A stretch of DNA of 64,000 nucleotides from a virus: positions 3,495 through 67,494 of the IMG/VR virus record IMGVR_UViG_3300045988_070370; one strand, given 5' to 3'. The notes beneath the pieces are model-generated. The model was not told where the DNA came from. It was given only the letters and a program-made list of their open reading frames with translations, and did not search any database. Shown piece by piece: positions 35,101 through 40,837 of the stretch (the first letter of the stretch is position 1; each line of letters begins with the position of its first letter). Position numbers and translations under genes: made by a program.

Positions 35101-37253
35101 TTTGTCTTTGCATCTGATGCCTGATTGAATCCACGAAGTTTGCTAAGGAACATAGCATAATTGATAACTGCACCTTTTTGCTTAGCAGTCATGGAGTCTG
35201 AGCGAGTAGCATCCAAGACAGTCTTAGTCAAGTCTGCATTGGTTGACACATCAATTTTGCTTTTTATTTCGTCCCAATTATCATTAAACAACCATTGACC
35301 GAACTTGTCTGCTTTGTTGACCTGATGCTTAATCTTGAAATATTGAACTGCATTTATAGCGCCAACAGCAGTTCGAGGAGCCTGCATGAAACCAACAGAA
35401 TAGAACATTCCAAGGCAAGTATCAATCTGCTTTTCTCTCGCATCAGGATTTGTGAAAACATTGAAGTCACTCCAGCTTCCGTCTCCATCACCCCATGCAG
35501 CATGAAGGGCAGTACCAAATTCCTCTTCGGAAATCTCAGCCATCACACCTTGTATTCCAGACTTGTTGGTTGCATTGCTCAACCATTTATAGTAAGCATT
35601 ATTGCCTATCTTTTCAAAGAAGGAAGATACTTTTGAAAGACCCAACTTAGACAACAACTTAGACGCACCAGGCAGATACTCACCGAACATTTCCGAGAAG
35701 TTCTCTATTGTAGCTGAGCCAAAGCCATCCTTGATAGCCTTACCAAGACTGACACCTTCATTGAACTTCAAATCGCCATTCTTGTCTTGGGTCACACCTC
35801 CATTCTCGTTGTTCATTCCAACATAACGTTCTATCACATTATTATATGTAGAACCAAGTTGGTTGGTAGCTGCCAATGCTGCACTACCAGTCATATCACC
35901 GAGCATACGACCAGTATTTTTAGTAAACCATTTGCCAAGAGCACCGAGAGCCATTTTCTCTCCAACCTTTTCTCCTGTCTTGGTGAAACCAGTGGTCATA
36001 ACATTTCTCCAGCCGCTTAACGCAAAGTCTCCCATGAACTTTAAGGAGCGACCGCTCACATCTCCATACTGATAAGCCTTTGTGCCATACTGCTGCTGTT
36101 TAGCAGCTTCTCCTTGTTGCTGCTGAATAGCACCAAGCATAGCTTGTGCTGCATTTCCTGCATTGGAACCTTTCTTGATTGTTCCATCTTCCATGCCCTT
36201 CTTTACTTGGAGCAAATTGTTTGATATAGCTGCATCCATAACACCCTGAGAATATAACTTCGGGTCAAGCATGGTATTAAACATCGCACCAAAATAATTG
36301 GAAACGTCATTCCACTTATCTTTCCACCAACCAGCATTTTCATTTCTCTGCTTTTGTTCCTTCAACTCCTGAAGCAGAGTTGTACGCAACATCTGATTGT
36401 AAGCCTTGGCGGTATTATAAGCACCATACTCTACATCAGACAAGCGGTTTGCCTCATTGCTTATAGCTGTATTAAATGAAGAAGGAGCAACTGCTCCACC
36501 AGATGCAACAAAAGGAGAACCCTGCAAGTGCATAGACTCATTCAATTCCTTAGAACGTCTGTCCTGATTCTCGTTAAGCCACTCTTGTCTTCTCTCCATT
36601 TGTCGCATAGCAACATCTGTGTCGGACAAATCTGGGTCAGCCTTATCCAATTCAGAAGGAACAATGCCCATATCAACTGCATTGTTCCACTCTTCCCCAT
36701 ATTTATCCAACTGGTTCTGATACTGGGAAGCATCATACTCGTTGTCGAACTCTACACCATCTGTTGTAGTATAGGTTCCAGTCTTGCCTGTTGTCGAATT
36801 GTAGTTGAACTCATTCTTCTGTACATTCTTATTCTGTAAAGGATTCTTGAAACCGATAGTCACCTTACCACCATTTGCATTAAACTTCTTTGCTCGCTCA
36901 ACCGTCTTACGGATATTGCCAGATGCACGCTTAACTTGTCTAGCAGTATTCAGGACAGATTGTGTCACAGACAAGTAACGAGCACGGTCAGCAGCACTCA
37001 TAGGTACACTACCACCCTTCGCCCTTGATGATGTCCTACTACGAGGTACAAAGAGTGCAGAATAGAAACGCTCATAAGTAGATGGAACATCAAAGTTCTG
37101 AGCCTTCAAGTTCTCATAAATAGCGTGTCTGTTATCTGCACCGCTCTTTCCGTCTCTGGTCAGGGCACTTTCAAACTTATTGTAATCATCAGGCACATCA
37201 TAGTTCTGTGCTTTCAGATTCTTGTATAAAGTGTATAATGGTCTTTCTGCCAT
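20199..37253 (-). CDS. Giant polyvalent virion/ejection protein (5,684 aa) with multiple embedded enzyme modules
   Basis: One uninterrupted 17,055-nt ORF, co-oriented and tightly spaced with two ejection-like protein genes. Modules read from motifs are listed as separate features below. Confidence 0.85.
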   Translation of the reverse strand: MAERPLYTLYKNLKAQNYDVPDDYNKFESALTRDGKSGADNRHAIYENLKAQNFDVPSTYERFYSALFVPRSRTSSRAKGGSVPMSAADRARYLSVTQSVLNTARQVKRASGNIRKTVERAKKFNANGGKVTIGFKNPLQNKNVQKNEFNYNSTTGKTGTYTTTDGVEFDNEYDASQYQNQLDKYGEEWNNAVDMGIVPSELDKADPDLSDTDVAMRQMERRQEWLNENQDRRSKELNESMHLQGSPFVASGGAVAPSSFNTAISNEANRLSDVEYGAYNTAKAYNQMLRTTLLQELKEQKQRNENAGWWKDKWNDVSNYFGAMFNTMLDPKLYSQGVMDAAISNNLLQVKKGMEDGTIKKGSNAGNAAQAMLGAIQQQQGEAAKQQQYGTKAYQYGDVSGRSLKFMGDFALSGWRNVMTTGFTKTGEKVGEKMALGALGKWFTKNTGRMLGDMTGSAALAATNQLGSTYNNVIERYVGMNNENGGVTQDKNGDLKFNEGVSLGKAIKDGFGSATIENFSEMFGEYLPGASKLLSKLGLSKVSSFFEKIGNNAYYKWLSNATNKSGIQGVMAEISEEEFGTALHAAWGDGDGSWSDFNVFTNPDAREKQIDTCLGMFYSVGFMQAPRTAVGAINAVQYFKIKHQVNKADKFGQWLFNDNWDEIKSKIDVSTNADLTKTVLDATRSDSMTAKQKGAVINYAMFLSKLRGFNQASDAKTKDKVEEGDTAPTLSNDLDDAYTEGHNADDADKHDIQIQQEDQMKTLAAAFGISEQQLSAMSDEELESLTGQDDKLDQAIYDYQLSSARYQGVIDDAQDKVDIAAHQAAQKVDMYTDRSRGSVRNATIKASGGLEDYGVYIISGNIATHEDGSIDVSNSDDMILYYDPTTNSVEHADALMFAELGEELPADDVKAQAVADAKENAIKEIAGIIDGTVEVGSQFNVTDTDGIEHTYEVLADYGDGTAAVSIDGNVVENPYSLADLQQMKDLEDQKRLEAAKAQREQLEKERADQQTQETEETQPSFDFNQILNDNGNVVLVDVLDEDGNTKYPDSKLFLIRDTGAKAKVVELKSDGTIVPHAVNKEDVATISSMSLDEYKQAFAASSMIEDNSGENRGEIEVESPTIEDETTPEVAENTETTAPSDETTETPATEQTPAAPTITLEDGTIVPMLEDGNPDFSKLTAAQTAELYDNQFGEDADSIVSGYVSDAKKALDKANNMTVKGKTFLEQKASKDAKEKAIADAQAAYDSAIAIRDAYNERQLAKVEDTAEGRKNLIEKARRKFARLKSAVKDDAEAVAQIYKETVGTLLHRLYDGTGIDVTDTIPLTAEEYVASNLGAHSLNYEGTETSKGVKQETGLSREDFAKTQLLAADGKGTTIDALVHSLWDNRPSNLESLDTQDIRNALIDVLTSGFKASEARSFIENIRIAQAEKLIEEERTAAENAAYYEQQKAKEEEEKKKAELEKKAEEEKKKAEENIDLPAIDKQGEPINNNIIELAKWAKKQGLEIDPTSKLNSYADLFLMCKDGFGVSTLVPDEGKNINQVIYFPDNAEVVEQLGKLQEEFNAGRDLNHSSNIDSEITEGATFYDAATAKEFRDFVNEQTKFPDTLREGSNAIEAPEDATDEKPLGEQLDESDLPFSAKENGKQQTTAERAADVEKNKVDDMKVVDNIVGQKTRKAFERLAKMMGANIQWQYSDKLGNGWIQETKDADGNVHRTIFITLDSSITEGAQFIFGHEMTHQIKSLNPAAYNELTQLVLDTYGSDAFDKAVDETMLRYSDAGFSGRARDYYAEEVVADAVGEMIRDLNLAHTLAMKMSHPLLAAIHEILQKIKLAFFGTEYSDVTKNIIRSIEQAYVKTAKGEVTNSETGEDVSFSLRQKPEPKKKGVGYKVFVLKDGKLYPPMVANPDGAATPVGVWLDADAAPIAGESKTGRPQVKQGGKGTQGGSGKLAYRPGWHLGVVPYAIQFNRKDAEGNKTLFPKNFVFAEVEYAADVDYQEEARQEGINPSGKYQHSLAGLKHLPTDGYYMYRTNPNPETDPWVITGAMKVNRILTRAEQADLVSKAGREPQQIQEGDIVTDDVVNSINQEIADAPKFSIKTYHGSQASFDKFDHSFMGSGEGAQAYGWGTYVSEVEGIAKAYAKQNAKKNAPSRLMYQDKPMTYKTPSIIYQVAFNMDKFNISAKEAISQMIDAGEKKLASVDDTPFAKMKAKQVQDELNVLKGLNPSDFKINEDYDTVAQNLADTKSGLDLLEDELKDAKSYVDLYQSRLDEAKGELSKAKESGTGLGVDMYESDVMYYSEQVEKYKQNVKTKESDIKDVKTKIDALQKKLDSIGKPRNLYSVDIPDDTGDNYIGWDEPITPKMLEAKRRVMEEDGYTMYDSDGNYDYFEKTENGKYQYWQLWNRQKGNGLYSELSKVLHSDKLASLALNKQGIVGVKVIADRTTGGNKEGKMNYVIFDENNAQITNHTKFSLRLKSAIEETETNPSDAQKESGNYKKGHIKFGGYDYTIENPKGSTRSGKDANGKEWKVTMHDTYGYIRGKFGKDGDHLDMFINDKADLDNWDGDVFVVDQVNPDGSFDEHKVMYGYDSMDDAEKAYLANYSKGWKGLGNITGVSKDEFDKWLDTSKRKLKPFKDYTKVKFSLKDNQGNPLNQDGTLKLDKIKSVDELTDEDFLHPTRNVELPSLPKKIADAIGTEGKPVVIKKNIFERNYMRHKDVTPELSKVIFKSALYNPDLYGQNQKKTRPYNWVLINTKDEKGNNRTVLLEVNPNKDNVEIVHWHFVNDKNLGLIKKQAIREGDQVLILPSEQSEEVGGLSNLTDDLSAAKIDNSSETAKENGEKFSLKDEKTLAGVHNITEEKLRKALKLGGFANPSLAVIDTNKSGHDNFGEISFIAPSALVDKRTGKTAGTWITDAYTQRYPSVERQMSEKGSQKFEDWVDSLEYPSAAKAEIKRQTKDVMEDNGVPAWELMYLKEKGIDIKAYDSRIDYRWKEIINDHPTAEDILSSMQNDPELNEKVTSLAKHAIIHPTWEKVSLEVRRKMYKETGVKASPINPQVRKQTKEIFERDYKSTLLNKDGSPRKKDVKKVVEDIVKEHNDTKKYDFYLSKVKASNYVNKNGLYDDYIRWQENKLDEFGTKNRIFRGYTKDGSRKYVPETLENVSKAMREEADGQTNGSEYTSFGSFIAKLASRVDSTDEMRANKDKLSSNEDKEAFYEKWSEVYYDLAKFLYNDVFYGEQRLHDIVLQSDPKKYAKKEYGITLTPTFMKKLDALKNAVQTELKSAYFETKYNRPLRLNEFAAAVVPDNLGEDVRKGIEDAGLPMYDYDPNKEGDRSRAFNEAINSSDNIRFSLKAEKEKIVADAKSNGTYMTAPNGEKTKLDAEQWATVRTANFKNWFGDWENDPENASKVVDENGEPMVMYHYTDESFTIFGKDKEVGKNTFGNATNASYAATTTIGHWFTSNKKQPEYMGKPMACFLNIVEPFDGYTLEGLADYLNNYISDEDFNSYEEDYENVAPIIEAGNNFREEQIRDGYDGVVIDDEEFGGTSYVAFNANQIKSAENNNGDFSADNNDIRFSLAGERGAAAADKAEERTARMDFLSVARKMEEEKKDAKAIKMATGWERGADGKWRYEMPDAKIKDTMDVGGGQIVKRYEEDMLWNGGKLSKVIDAPELFKAYPQLKDVRIETDAIMNDMPSNGEYNAKTNTITIHADELKYMNSILNHEIQHAIQSIEGFDRGGSPRLVRGEIKKRLAEVTKQIRQLRAEGKEDEAKAIVEKNRGLYNAYQANDDYNSYKSLAGEVEARNVSARINMTPEERRKTLAESTEDVARKDQIFLGVGDVSFSLRDMADGKESGAADMAEDLKSLNTPDEVDDAIKTAIDDMPSGWQMANRKMIHIAQALGENRKAEIAGEEPKFSLKDGTLIKAGTYFSGGGLVEEGLKGIIDPVVAVEYDEKISGVYRNNFGQHIVTADVRDVDPKELVKQIDGEVEYFHASPVCKNYSQAKSNHAELELDKETAASTAEFINAIKPKVVTIENVKGYKDSEAMKTITDALDANGYTWDADVYNAADYGGYTNRERLIVRAVRDGKLPDKPKKMAHKSGWYEAVADIIPTLTEKKNGVAPWMDVRLKADGIDWRNIDKPLYVMGSAYADGKIPHAFADELLPTLRTKSGDVIVMPDGKVYRAMGRVLARVSGVSDDYKMPFSENLSHTIIGNGIPTQLTEHVIAPLLTGSDPKFSIRTYHGTGASFDKFDFSHMGEGEGSQAFGWGGYVTNSKDIAEDYTRRAKIRKDNGGFEFVTDMSANNKDMVRQYIYKYKDVNKGLDAMRKDLPSALEMFPDDDDLKELSNILAKKNEEIAVPDNIAYLYDVDIPDDNGDYLDWDAPLTDKQKNTIIKELRRLKIDFDDFKKRGFSFDGSFGGNAYDFLMYALRRTKKWKDVDASRAVSKFLSSIGFTGIKYKAGNIFGGAKEGDYNYVIFDENNANIVGNTRFSLRYDQFEHDLNQWKKDNNLPKDAKRPSIPQRNAGESAVDFLRRVDDYRKQMALWKTAPTYEQHLLSDDTALGEFNRELQRGSVLKRIAFQDSMLAIRKAQEAIMKEVGVDRLNMAEDAYTAENRSHGKGKNEFEEYNNEFLQPLRKAYHQMKKVLGDSYDNVRIYMMAKHGLERDAQMAFKKSLEADYEDVAQRSAAYRAYKGDMNRMGNDSGFELGYIDFTTWRQRDNALRVKYSPSYMNYRYDKMGIAYDYSGLSALFDGSDFEEAAHKLIKDIESKYITETHNLWDATNAATKKILRDGYKAGMMSKDTYQYVRDMYSHYIPLRGWDGTTADQVWDYIGGGKGAFNQTLKTAHGRTSIADDPIAYIENMAESGILLNNKNWVKQHLMLLAQNHPTSLLTLSKAWYVKSTDANGNEEWIPATPQITSQMNSNQVKTAIDAFEKKMEQMAQTGDATQKRDGLNIAYPQTHSEEREHEVRVMKDGEEYVIYVNGDPQLAQAMNNTRAHRVREIQSGKLDRAAAWLGRKMAAAYTSLSPLFIPSNYFRDLTMTLASTAIREDGRYNYMLRKNLATSWNLGFMLRDYQNGKLREKVNNGNATPKEQMFYDFMMNGGETGFVSSLDVEDLKKKFKNDLKDLDRWKANPVKVGHTIMDGIEFLNRAIEDSNRFAVYMTSIQYGRSIDEAVNDAKDVTLNFNRKGTGEYGWQMIRNLYLFINPAVQSLQTLGALVKHHPFKFTAVTASWLASGVLVPIVNAALMSMLGGDDDKDKYWQFTKWDRRNNLIMWVPFTHEFVKIPLAQEFRAFYGLGDMIASKMMGGELAEESWSQYGEDLLGQVVDMLPLDPTGYDGNIAVSLMPNAIRPVFELAFNVDFTGKPLFKDTEYNKYDPNFTKAYVGTPDWLVRASKMVNSIGNDYPDVQQNSIDAFGDPRYNLNNPAVVDHVLSSYLGGAYTMGSQVLGVLTKSLNDPKEIKVADIPLFSKFVSNPDDRPVTKKQGDEFWDMKENHDRAANTLSKLKKQAKVDGDYSMLERFYGSEEYKQYKQDDVKVKKYEEDKKKERAEESGEEYRPHKLNAEDIYKAHATPKDDFEDLKLKQLYTKLNGFKTSYDLLVDTAPSQSDGYYNTNKAAIDAIDEISLDKQEISELKKGFLDDGKDAYNAEDMKQIRELRKKIISVLEKANKVVVANQKANAKKK
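23796..24542 (-). other. YHGT module copy 2, aa about 4238-4486
   Basis: KFSIRTYHGTGASFDKFDFSHMGEGEGSQAFGWGGY ... GDYNYVIFDENNANI. Confidence 0.35.
24558..25505 (-). other. Complete C5 cytosine DNA methyltransferase module, aa about 3917-4232
   Basis: Motif I is YFSGGGLVEEG (25461-25475). Motif IV is HASPVCKNYS. Motif VI is IENVKGY. Motif VIII is YTNRERLIV. Motif X is IGNGIPTQL. Confidence 0.8.
25740..26528 (-). other. Zincin module 2 (HEIQH at 26082-26096), aa about 3572-3838
   Basis: TGWERGADGKWRYEMPD...ITIHADELKYMNSILNHEIQHAIQSIEGF. Confidence 0.55.
26544..27206 (-). other. YHYT module (divergent third copy of the YH[GY][ST] module), aa about 3346-3570
   Basis: VMYHYTDESFTIFGKDK...GYDGVVIDDEEFGGTSYVAFNANQI. 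The start and end architecture matches the two YHG[ST] modules. Confidence 0.3.
29343..29840 (-). other. Inorganic-pyrophosphatase-like module, aa about 2470-2637
   Basis: GNYKKGHIKFGGYDYTIENPKGSTRSG...TYGYIRGKFGKDGDHLDMFI...VFVVDQ...FDEHKVMYGY parallels the NYGYI...DGDPVDV core of family I PPases. Confidence 0.45.
29856..30980 (-). other. YHGS module copy 1 (possible H-Y-E-type ADP-ribosyltransferase-like), aa about 2092-2466
   Basis: It starts KFSIKTYHGSQASFDKFDHSFMGSGEGAQAYGWGTY and ends GKMNYVIFDENNAQI. It contains a coiled-coil insert. Confidence 0.35.
32040..32054 (-). other. Zincin motif 1 (HEMTH) in the giant protein, about aa 1734
   Basis: The reverse complement reads FIFGHEMTHQ. 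Confidence 0.6.
37053..37238 (-). repeat. Tandem protein repeat LYxNLKAQNxDVPxxYxxFxSAL (2 copies) at the giant-protein N-terminus
   Basis: PLYTLYKNLKAQNYDVPDDYNKFESAL and HAIYENLKAQNFDVPSTYERFYSAL. Confidence 0.7.
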
Positions 37254-37272
37254 GATATATGTATATTATTAA

Positions 37273-38409
37273 TTAACACAACCAGTTCACACCAGTCTTC
37301 TTCTTACCACCTTTGTTGGATGATGGCTTATGGTTCAGTTTACCCTTACCATGCTTACGCTGATAAGCAATCTTCTGAGCCTTCTTTCCAGCAGCAGTCT
37401 TCGGTGAGTAACCCATCTTCTTCACTTCCCTTGCAGCCTCAGCCATGCCCTCAGGGTCTTTTTCCATCAAATCCATGTACTCATCTACCTCTCCTGAGTA
37501 TGAGCCAGTTCTCGAACTGCCACCGCCCGACGACTTGTTAGCACGAATACGACCAGTCTCAGCATTCATACGCTGGATAGCCTCCTGCGCTTGCCAATGA
37601 GAAATCTGCCCATCAGCCAGAGCCTTCTTGATAGCTAAGACAGACTTCTTATAATCAGCATCAGTATCATACTTCATCTTCGATAAGTCAAGTCTTCTGT
37701 TACCTTGGTCAATTCTCTGTTGACTCTGGTCTAGCTTTGTTTTAGCGATACCCTCATTCTCCACGTTATGTCTAATCTGCTCACCGAGAGTCAGGTTATT
37801 CTTTCGAGCTTCCTCATCAAGAGCCATCGCCCTCTGATAACCAGCCAGCCATGCCGCCCGATTCCTTTCTCTCTGAGCATCCATGTACTCCTTGCGCTTA
37901 TTCACTACCTTAGTCATATCCGACTCAGGATTGTGTACCACCTTGGCACCTTTGGTAGAGAAGTAGATATTAGAGAGCGCACGGAGACCATCACCCAGTG
38001 CAGCGATACGAGCCTTGGTACGTTCCTTCTTCTCTCTATTCGCCTTCTGTTCGGCAGTCTCTTCACGCTCAGGATTCAGTATCTTATACATATCTGCATA
38101 AGATAACTGCTTAGGCTGAGGTTTCTGCTCATCCTTCTTCACGATAGGAACGGAAGGCTTGTCTGTAGGAATAGAGCCATTGAGCATACCCTCAGCAGTC
38201 TGCTGGTTCATCCTTGCAGCCTGTTCGTGTGCATTCTTGGGAGGAGTAAGTTGTTCTCCTTTCCCTTGCAACATAGCTTGTGCAGTATTCATATTCATCT
38301 GCTCAGGACTCGCCTTTTGTGCAGCATCTACACCGCTCTGCTGCTTGTTGAGTACACTCTGTGTAGTCTTCAAGCCATTGTTGTTACGTAACATATCTGA
38401 TGCTTTCAT
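37273..38409 (-). CDS. Internal virion / ejection-like protein (Q/K-rich, coiled coil)
   Basis: ORF 37273-38457. I prefer the start MKASDML (38409), 5 nt after the upstream stop. The protein is highly charged and low-complexity, with a basic C-terminus. Confidence 0.5.
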   Translation of the reverse strand: MKASDMLRNNNGLKTTQSVLNKQQSGVDAAQKASPEQMNMNTAQAMLQGKGEQLTPPKNAHEQAARMNQQTAEGMLNGSIPTDKPSVPIVKKDEQKPQPKQLSYADMYKILNPEREETAEQKANREKKERTKARIAALGDGLRALSNIYFSTKGAKVVHNPESDMTKVVNKRKEYMDAQRERNRAAWLAGYQRAMALDEEARKNNLTLGEQIRHNVENEGIAKTKLDQSQQRIDQGNRRLDLSKMKYDTDADYKKSVLAIKKALADGQISHWQAQEAIQRMNAETGRIRANKSSGGGSSRTGSYSGEVDEYMDLMEKDPEGMAEAAREVKKMGYSPKTAAGKKAQKIAYQRKHGKGKLNHKPSSNKGGKKKTGVNWLC

Positions 38410-38413
38410 AAGG

Positions 38414-39073
38414 CTATGCATTAATCTTCTTTGGCGCATTATCGCCAACCATATCATTCAATTCACTCGCTACCTGCTGCTGGGAAGGAGCCGCACCAAC
38501 CTTGGCATCCAACTTAGCCATGTCTGAATCAGTAGGCGATGTCACGTCAGGACGCTTAGGAGTCTTGCTACTACCACCACTATCAAGCGTAGCAGCGATG
38601 TTGGCAGCAGTACCAGCCACACCAGCTGCAACGTTAGCAGTATCAGCAGACTTCTCGGCTTCCATCTGCATCTGTTGCCCCTGAATAGAACGCTTATTCT
38701 GCTGATACTGCTGCTCGATAGCATCCTTACGAGATTCGTTTGCAGCTACAATCTGAGAGGTCGTATCAGCAAGAGTCTTGTTGTTCGCCTCCTTCACCGC
38801 AGTAGTAGAATCTTCCGTACCGCCCATTACGGCTTGTCTGCCCTTAGCTGCTCTGTTTCTGTTCTTAATCTGCTCCTGCATCTGAGTGAGCAACCTGACT
38901 GTATCGGCACGTTTGGTAGGGTCTTCGTTATACTTTCTATCATACCATGCCTGATTATCTCTCTGCTGCTGGGCAAGCATCTGCTCCTGCTTTTTTCTCG
39001 CCTTGCGGTTAGCTATACCGCCAGCGATACTGCTTGCAAGCCCAAGCCCAGCACCTATTAATGTACCAATCAT
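38414..39073 (-). CDS. Internal virion / pilot-like protein with N-terminal glycine-zipper helix
   Basis: 219 aa. MIGTLIGAGLGLASSIAGGIANRK is followed by a Q-rich coiled coil. It is the first gene after the 39105-39112 promoter box. Confidence 0.5.
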   Translation of the reverse strand: MIGTLIGAGLGLASSIAGGIANRKARKKQEQMLAQQQRDNQAWYDRKYNEDPTKRADTVRLLTQMQEQIKNRNRAAKGRQAVMGGTEDSTTAVKEANNKTLADTTSQIVAANESRKDAIEQQYQQNKRSIQGQQMQMEAEKSADTANVAAGVAGTAANIAATLDSGGSSKTPKRPDVTSPTDSDMAKLDAKVGAAPSQQQVASELNDMVGDNAPKKINA

Positions 39074-39104
39074 ATATATGAAATTAAAATTATTAATAAT
39101 GATA

Positions 39105-39112
39105 CAAAGATA
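39105..39112 (-). promoter_or_regulatory. -7 promoter box (TAtcTTTG on minus strand) for the ejection-protein operon
   Basis: The plus strand reads caaagata, 32 nt upstream of the ATG at 39073. Confidence 0.5.
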
Positions 39113-39207
39113 ATCATACCTTATATTATAGTAACCTTATCTATTAATTAAGGTGTCTGCAATTCCACAAAGTTAATGGATAAGGTTTACACATATCAGG
39201 ATATAGC

Positions 39208-39215
39208 TAACTTTG
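39208..39215 (+). promoter_or_regulatory. -7 promoter box TAacTTTG
   Basis: taactttg lies 20 nt upstream of the ATG at 39235. Confidence 0.45.
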
Positions 39216-39234
39216 CAGCAAAATAGTTTTGATA

Positions 39235-39543
39235 ATGGCAGCAGACAGAAACACTAAAGGTCAGTTCGAGAAAGGTAGAGCAAAAACTGGCGGCAAACAA
39301 AAAGGTTACGAGTCTCCTATCACAAAGGAGTTTCGTGAACTGTGTGCTGACTTTTCTAGAGAGGCTTGGGAAGATTTCATGGCTGCTTGGTATAAGTGTG
39401 AGCCTAAGGATAAGGTGGCAACATTTATCAAGATATTGGAGTTCAACTGTCCTAAGCTACAGACTGTCACTCTTGACGATAAGCGTGAGGTTCACAACGC
39501 TCTCACCGAGAAGTTAAAACAGATGTCAGAAGAAGAAGGTTAG
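39235..39543 (+). CDS. Hypothetical protein (basic G/K-rich N-terminus; possible small terminase, weak)
   Basis: The track ORF is 39229-39543. The ATG at 39235 gives MAADRNTKGQFEKGRAKTGGKQKG. Confidence 0.4.
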   Translation: MAADRNTKGQFEKGRAKTGGKQKGYESPITKEFRELCADFSREAWEDFMAAWYKCEPKDKVATFIKILEFNCPKLQTVTLDDKREVHNALTEKLKQMSEEEG

Positions 39544-39611
39544 TGTTGTTTTCAAACATAAGTTTTTGAGTTATAGGTTTTTGATTAAGGTTAAAAGATT
39601 ATTAGGACGAC

Positions 39612-39645
39612 AATGGGGAATGCGTGAGCACTCCCCATTTTATTT
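39612..39645 (+). terminator. Rho-independent terminator
   Basis: AATGGGGA-ATGCGTGAGCAC-TCCCCATT followed by TTATTT. Confidence 0.6.
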
Positions 39646-39674
39646 ATCACTATCAGCGACCACCTCTTGCCCTT

Positions 39675-40055
39675 CTATCTCCAATAAAGTTCACGATGTT
39701 CCTTCTTTAACAAATTCCCAGTTCTACACCACCAGTCATTCGGACTCATTTTAAGATACTCCTCAAACTCAGGGCAGTACTCTTCGTGAGTAAGATCAGG
39801 ATGAGAGGTTGGTTTGAACTGATGCACACACAGAAAGTCTGCATGATTGCCGCCATAAATACTTGGCGGCATAACATCTTTCGCCTGATGCCAAACCTTG
39901 TTGAGGTCAATGAGGTCAACCCCATCCAGTTCTTTCAGGACATTATCAATCTTATCTAGCACACGATTCAGGACTTCTGCCCTATCCGTGCCACCCTTGG
40001 CAATTAACCACTGAGCATCACTCAGGGCATCTCTAATCAACATATCAAGTTCCAT
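39675..40055 (-). CDS. Hypothetical protein
   Basis: 126 aa. Confidence 0.5.
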   Translation of the reverse strand: MELDMLIRDALSDAQWLIAKGGTDRAEVLNRVLDKIDNVLKELDGVDLIDLNKVWHQAKDVMPPSIYGGNHADFLCVHQFKPTSHPDLTHEEYCPEFEEYLKMSPNDWWCRTGNLLKKEHRELYWR

Positions 40056-40066
40056 AAGCCAAAATT

Positions 40067-40771
40067 TTAATGTCTTTTCGATTTCTCGATGTTATATTGG
40101 TCGCAAATGTCGCAGTATGCGCCATAAGCCAAGCTATCAACCATTTCATTGTACTTGTCACCATTGTGACCTTTCACCCAGTGGAAACGGACTCCTGCCA
40201 AATGAGCAGAACATTTCTTGTATAACTCGTAGAGGTCAGGATTCTTCTTTGGCGGAGTACTCTTCCCCAACACAAGTATGCAGTACTGACTATCCGTATA
40301 AATATCAAGATAAGCACCATCAGGACAAGACTTAGCTGCACTAATGATAGCAAGCAACTCCATACGGTTGTTGGTTGTCTGCAATCTGCCGTGATTCTTC
40401 ATCTTGACAATATCGCCATCCTTCAACACGATGTAAGCCGAACCTCCAGCCTTATACTTAGAGTTATTATCACAACTTCCATCCGTATAGGCAACATAGT
40501 TCATGCCATTATCTGGAAAAGGCTCTACTGGGTCAAAATCATCCGACTTTTCTGCCATTTTTTCTCTGATAGTCTTAGAAAATTTCCCTTTAGCGTTGAA
40601 CACTCCATAATTGGCATCCGTGAGAATCATCCAATTTACAGGTTCTTCTCCATTTGCCTTCTTCCATTTTCTATCATCAAGATAATCATAAAGACTTTTG
40701 ATGAATTTATCAGTTCCATAGTTCTTAGATACACAATATCTTTTGAACTTTTCATAAGTTGGTTTATCCAT
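40067..40771 (-). CDS. RNase HI with about 90-aa N-terminal extension
   Basis: DEDD residues appear in context: YTDGSC, NNRMELLAI, IYTDSQY, NEMVDSLA. WVKGHNGDKYNE is also present. Confidence 0.85.
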   Translation of the reverse strand: MDKPTYEKFKRYCVSKNYGTDKFIKSLYDYLDDRKWKKANGEEPVNWMILTDANYGVFNAKGKFSKTIREKMAEKSDDFDPVEPFPDNGMNYVAYTDGSCDNNSKYKAGGSAYIVLKDGDIVKMKNHGRLQTTNNRMELLAIISAAKSCPDGAYLDIYTDSQYCILVLGKSTPPKKNPDLYELYKKCSAHLAGVRFHWVKGHNGDKYNEMVDSLAYGAYCDICDQYNIEKSKRH

Positions 40772-40837
40772 AACTAATAATTTACTTAATATATTTTCTT
40801 TCTTTCAATGTAGGTTACCAGAATAAACACATAAGAA

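Noticed and set aside
20199-37253. A virion RNA polymerase (N4 or crAss-like) hidden in the giant protein.
   Set aside because: I found no DxDGD-type two-barrel motif and no T7-like polymerase motifs. The only DGD (KDGDHLD) sits in the pyrophosphatase-like context.
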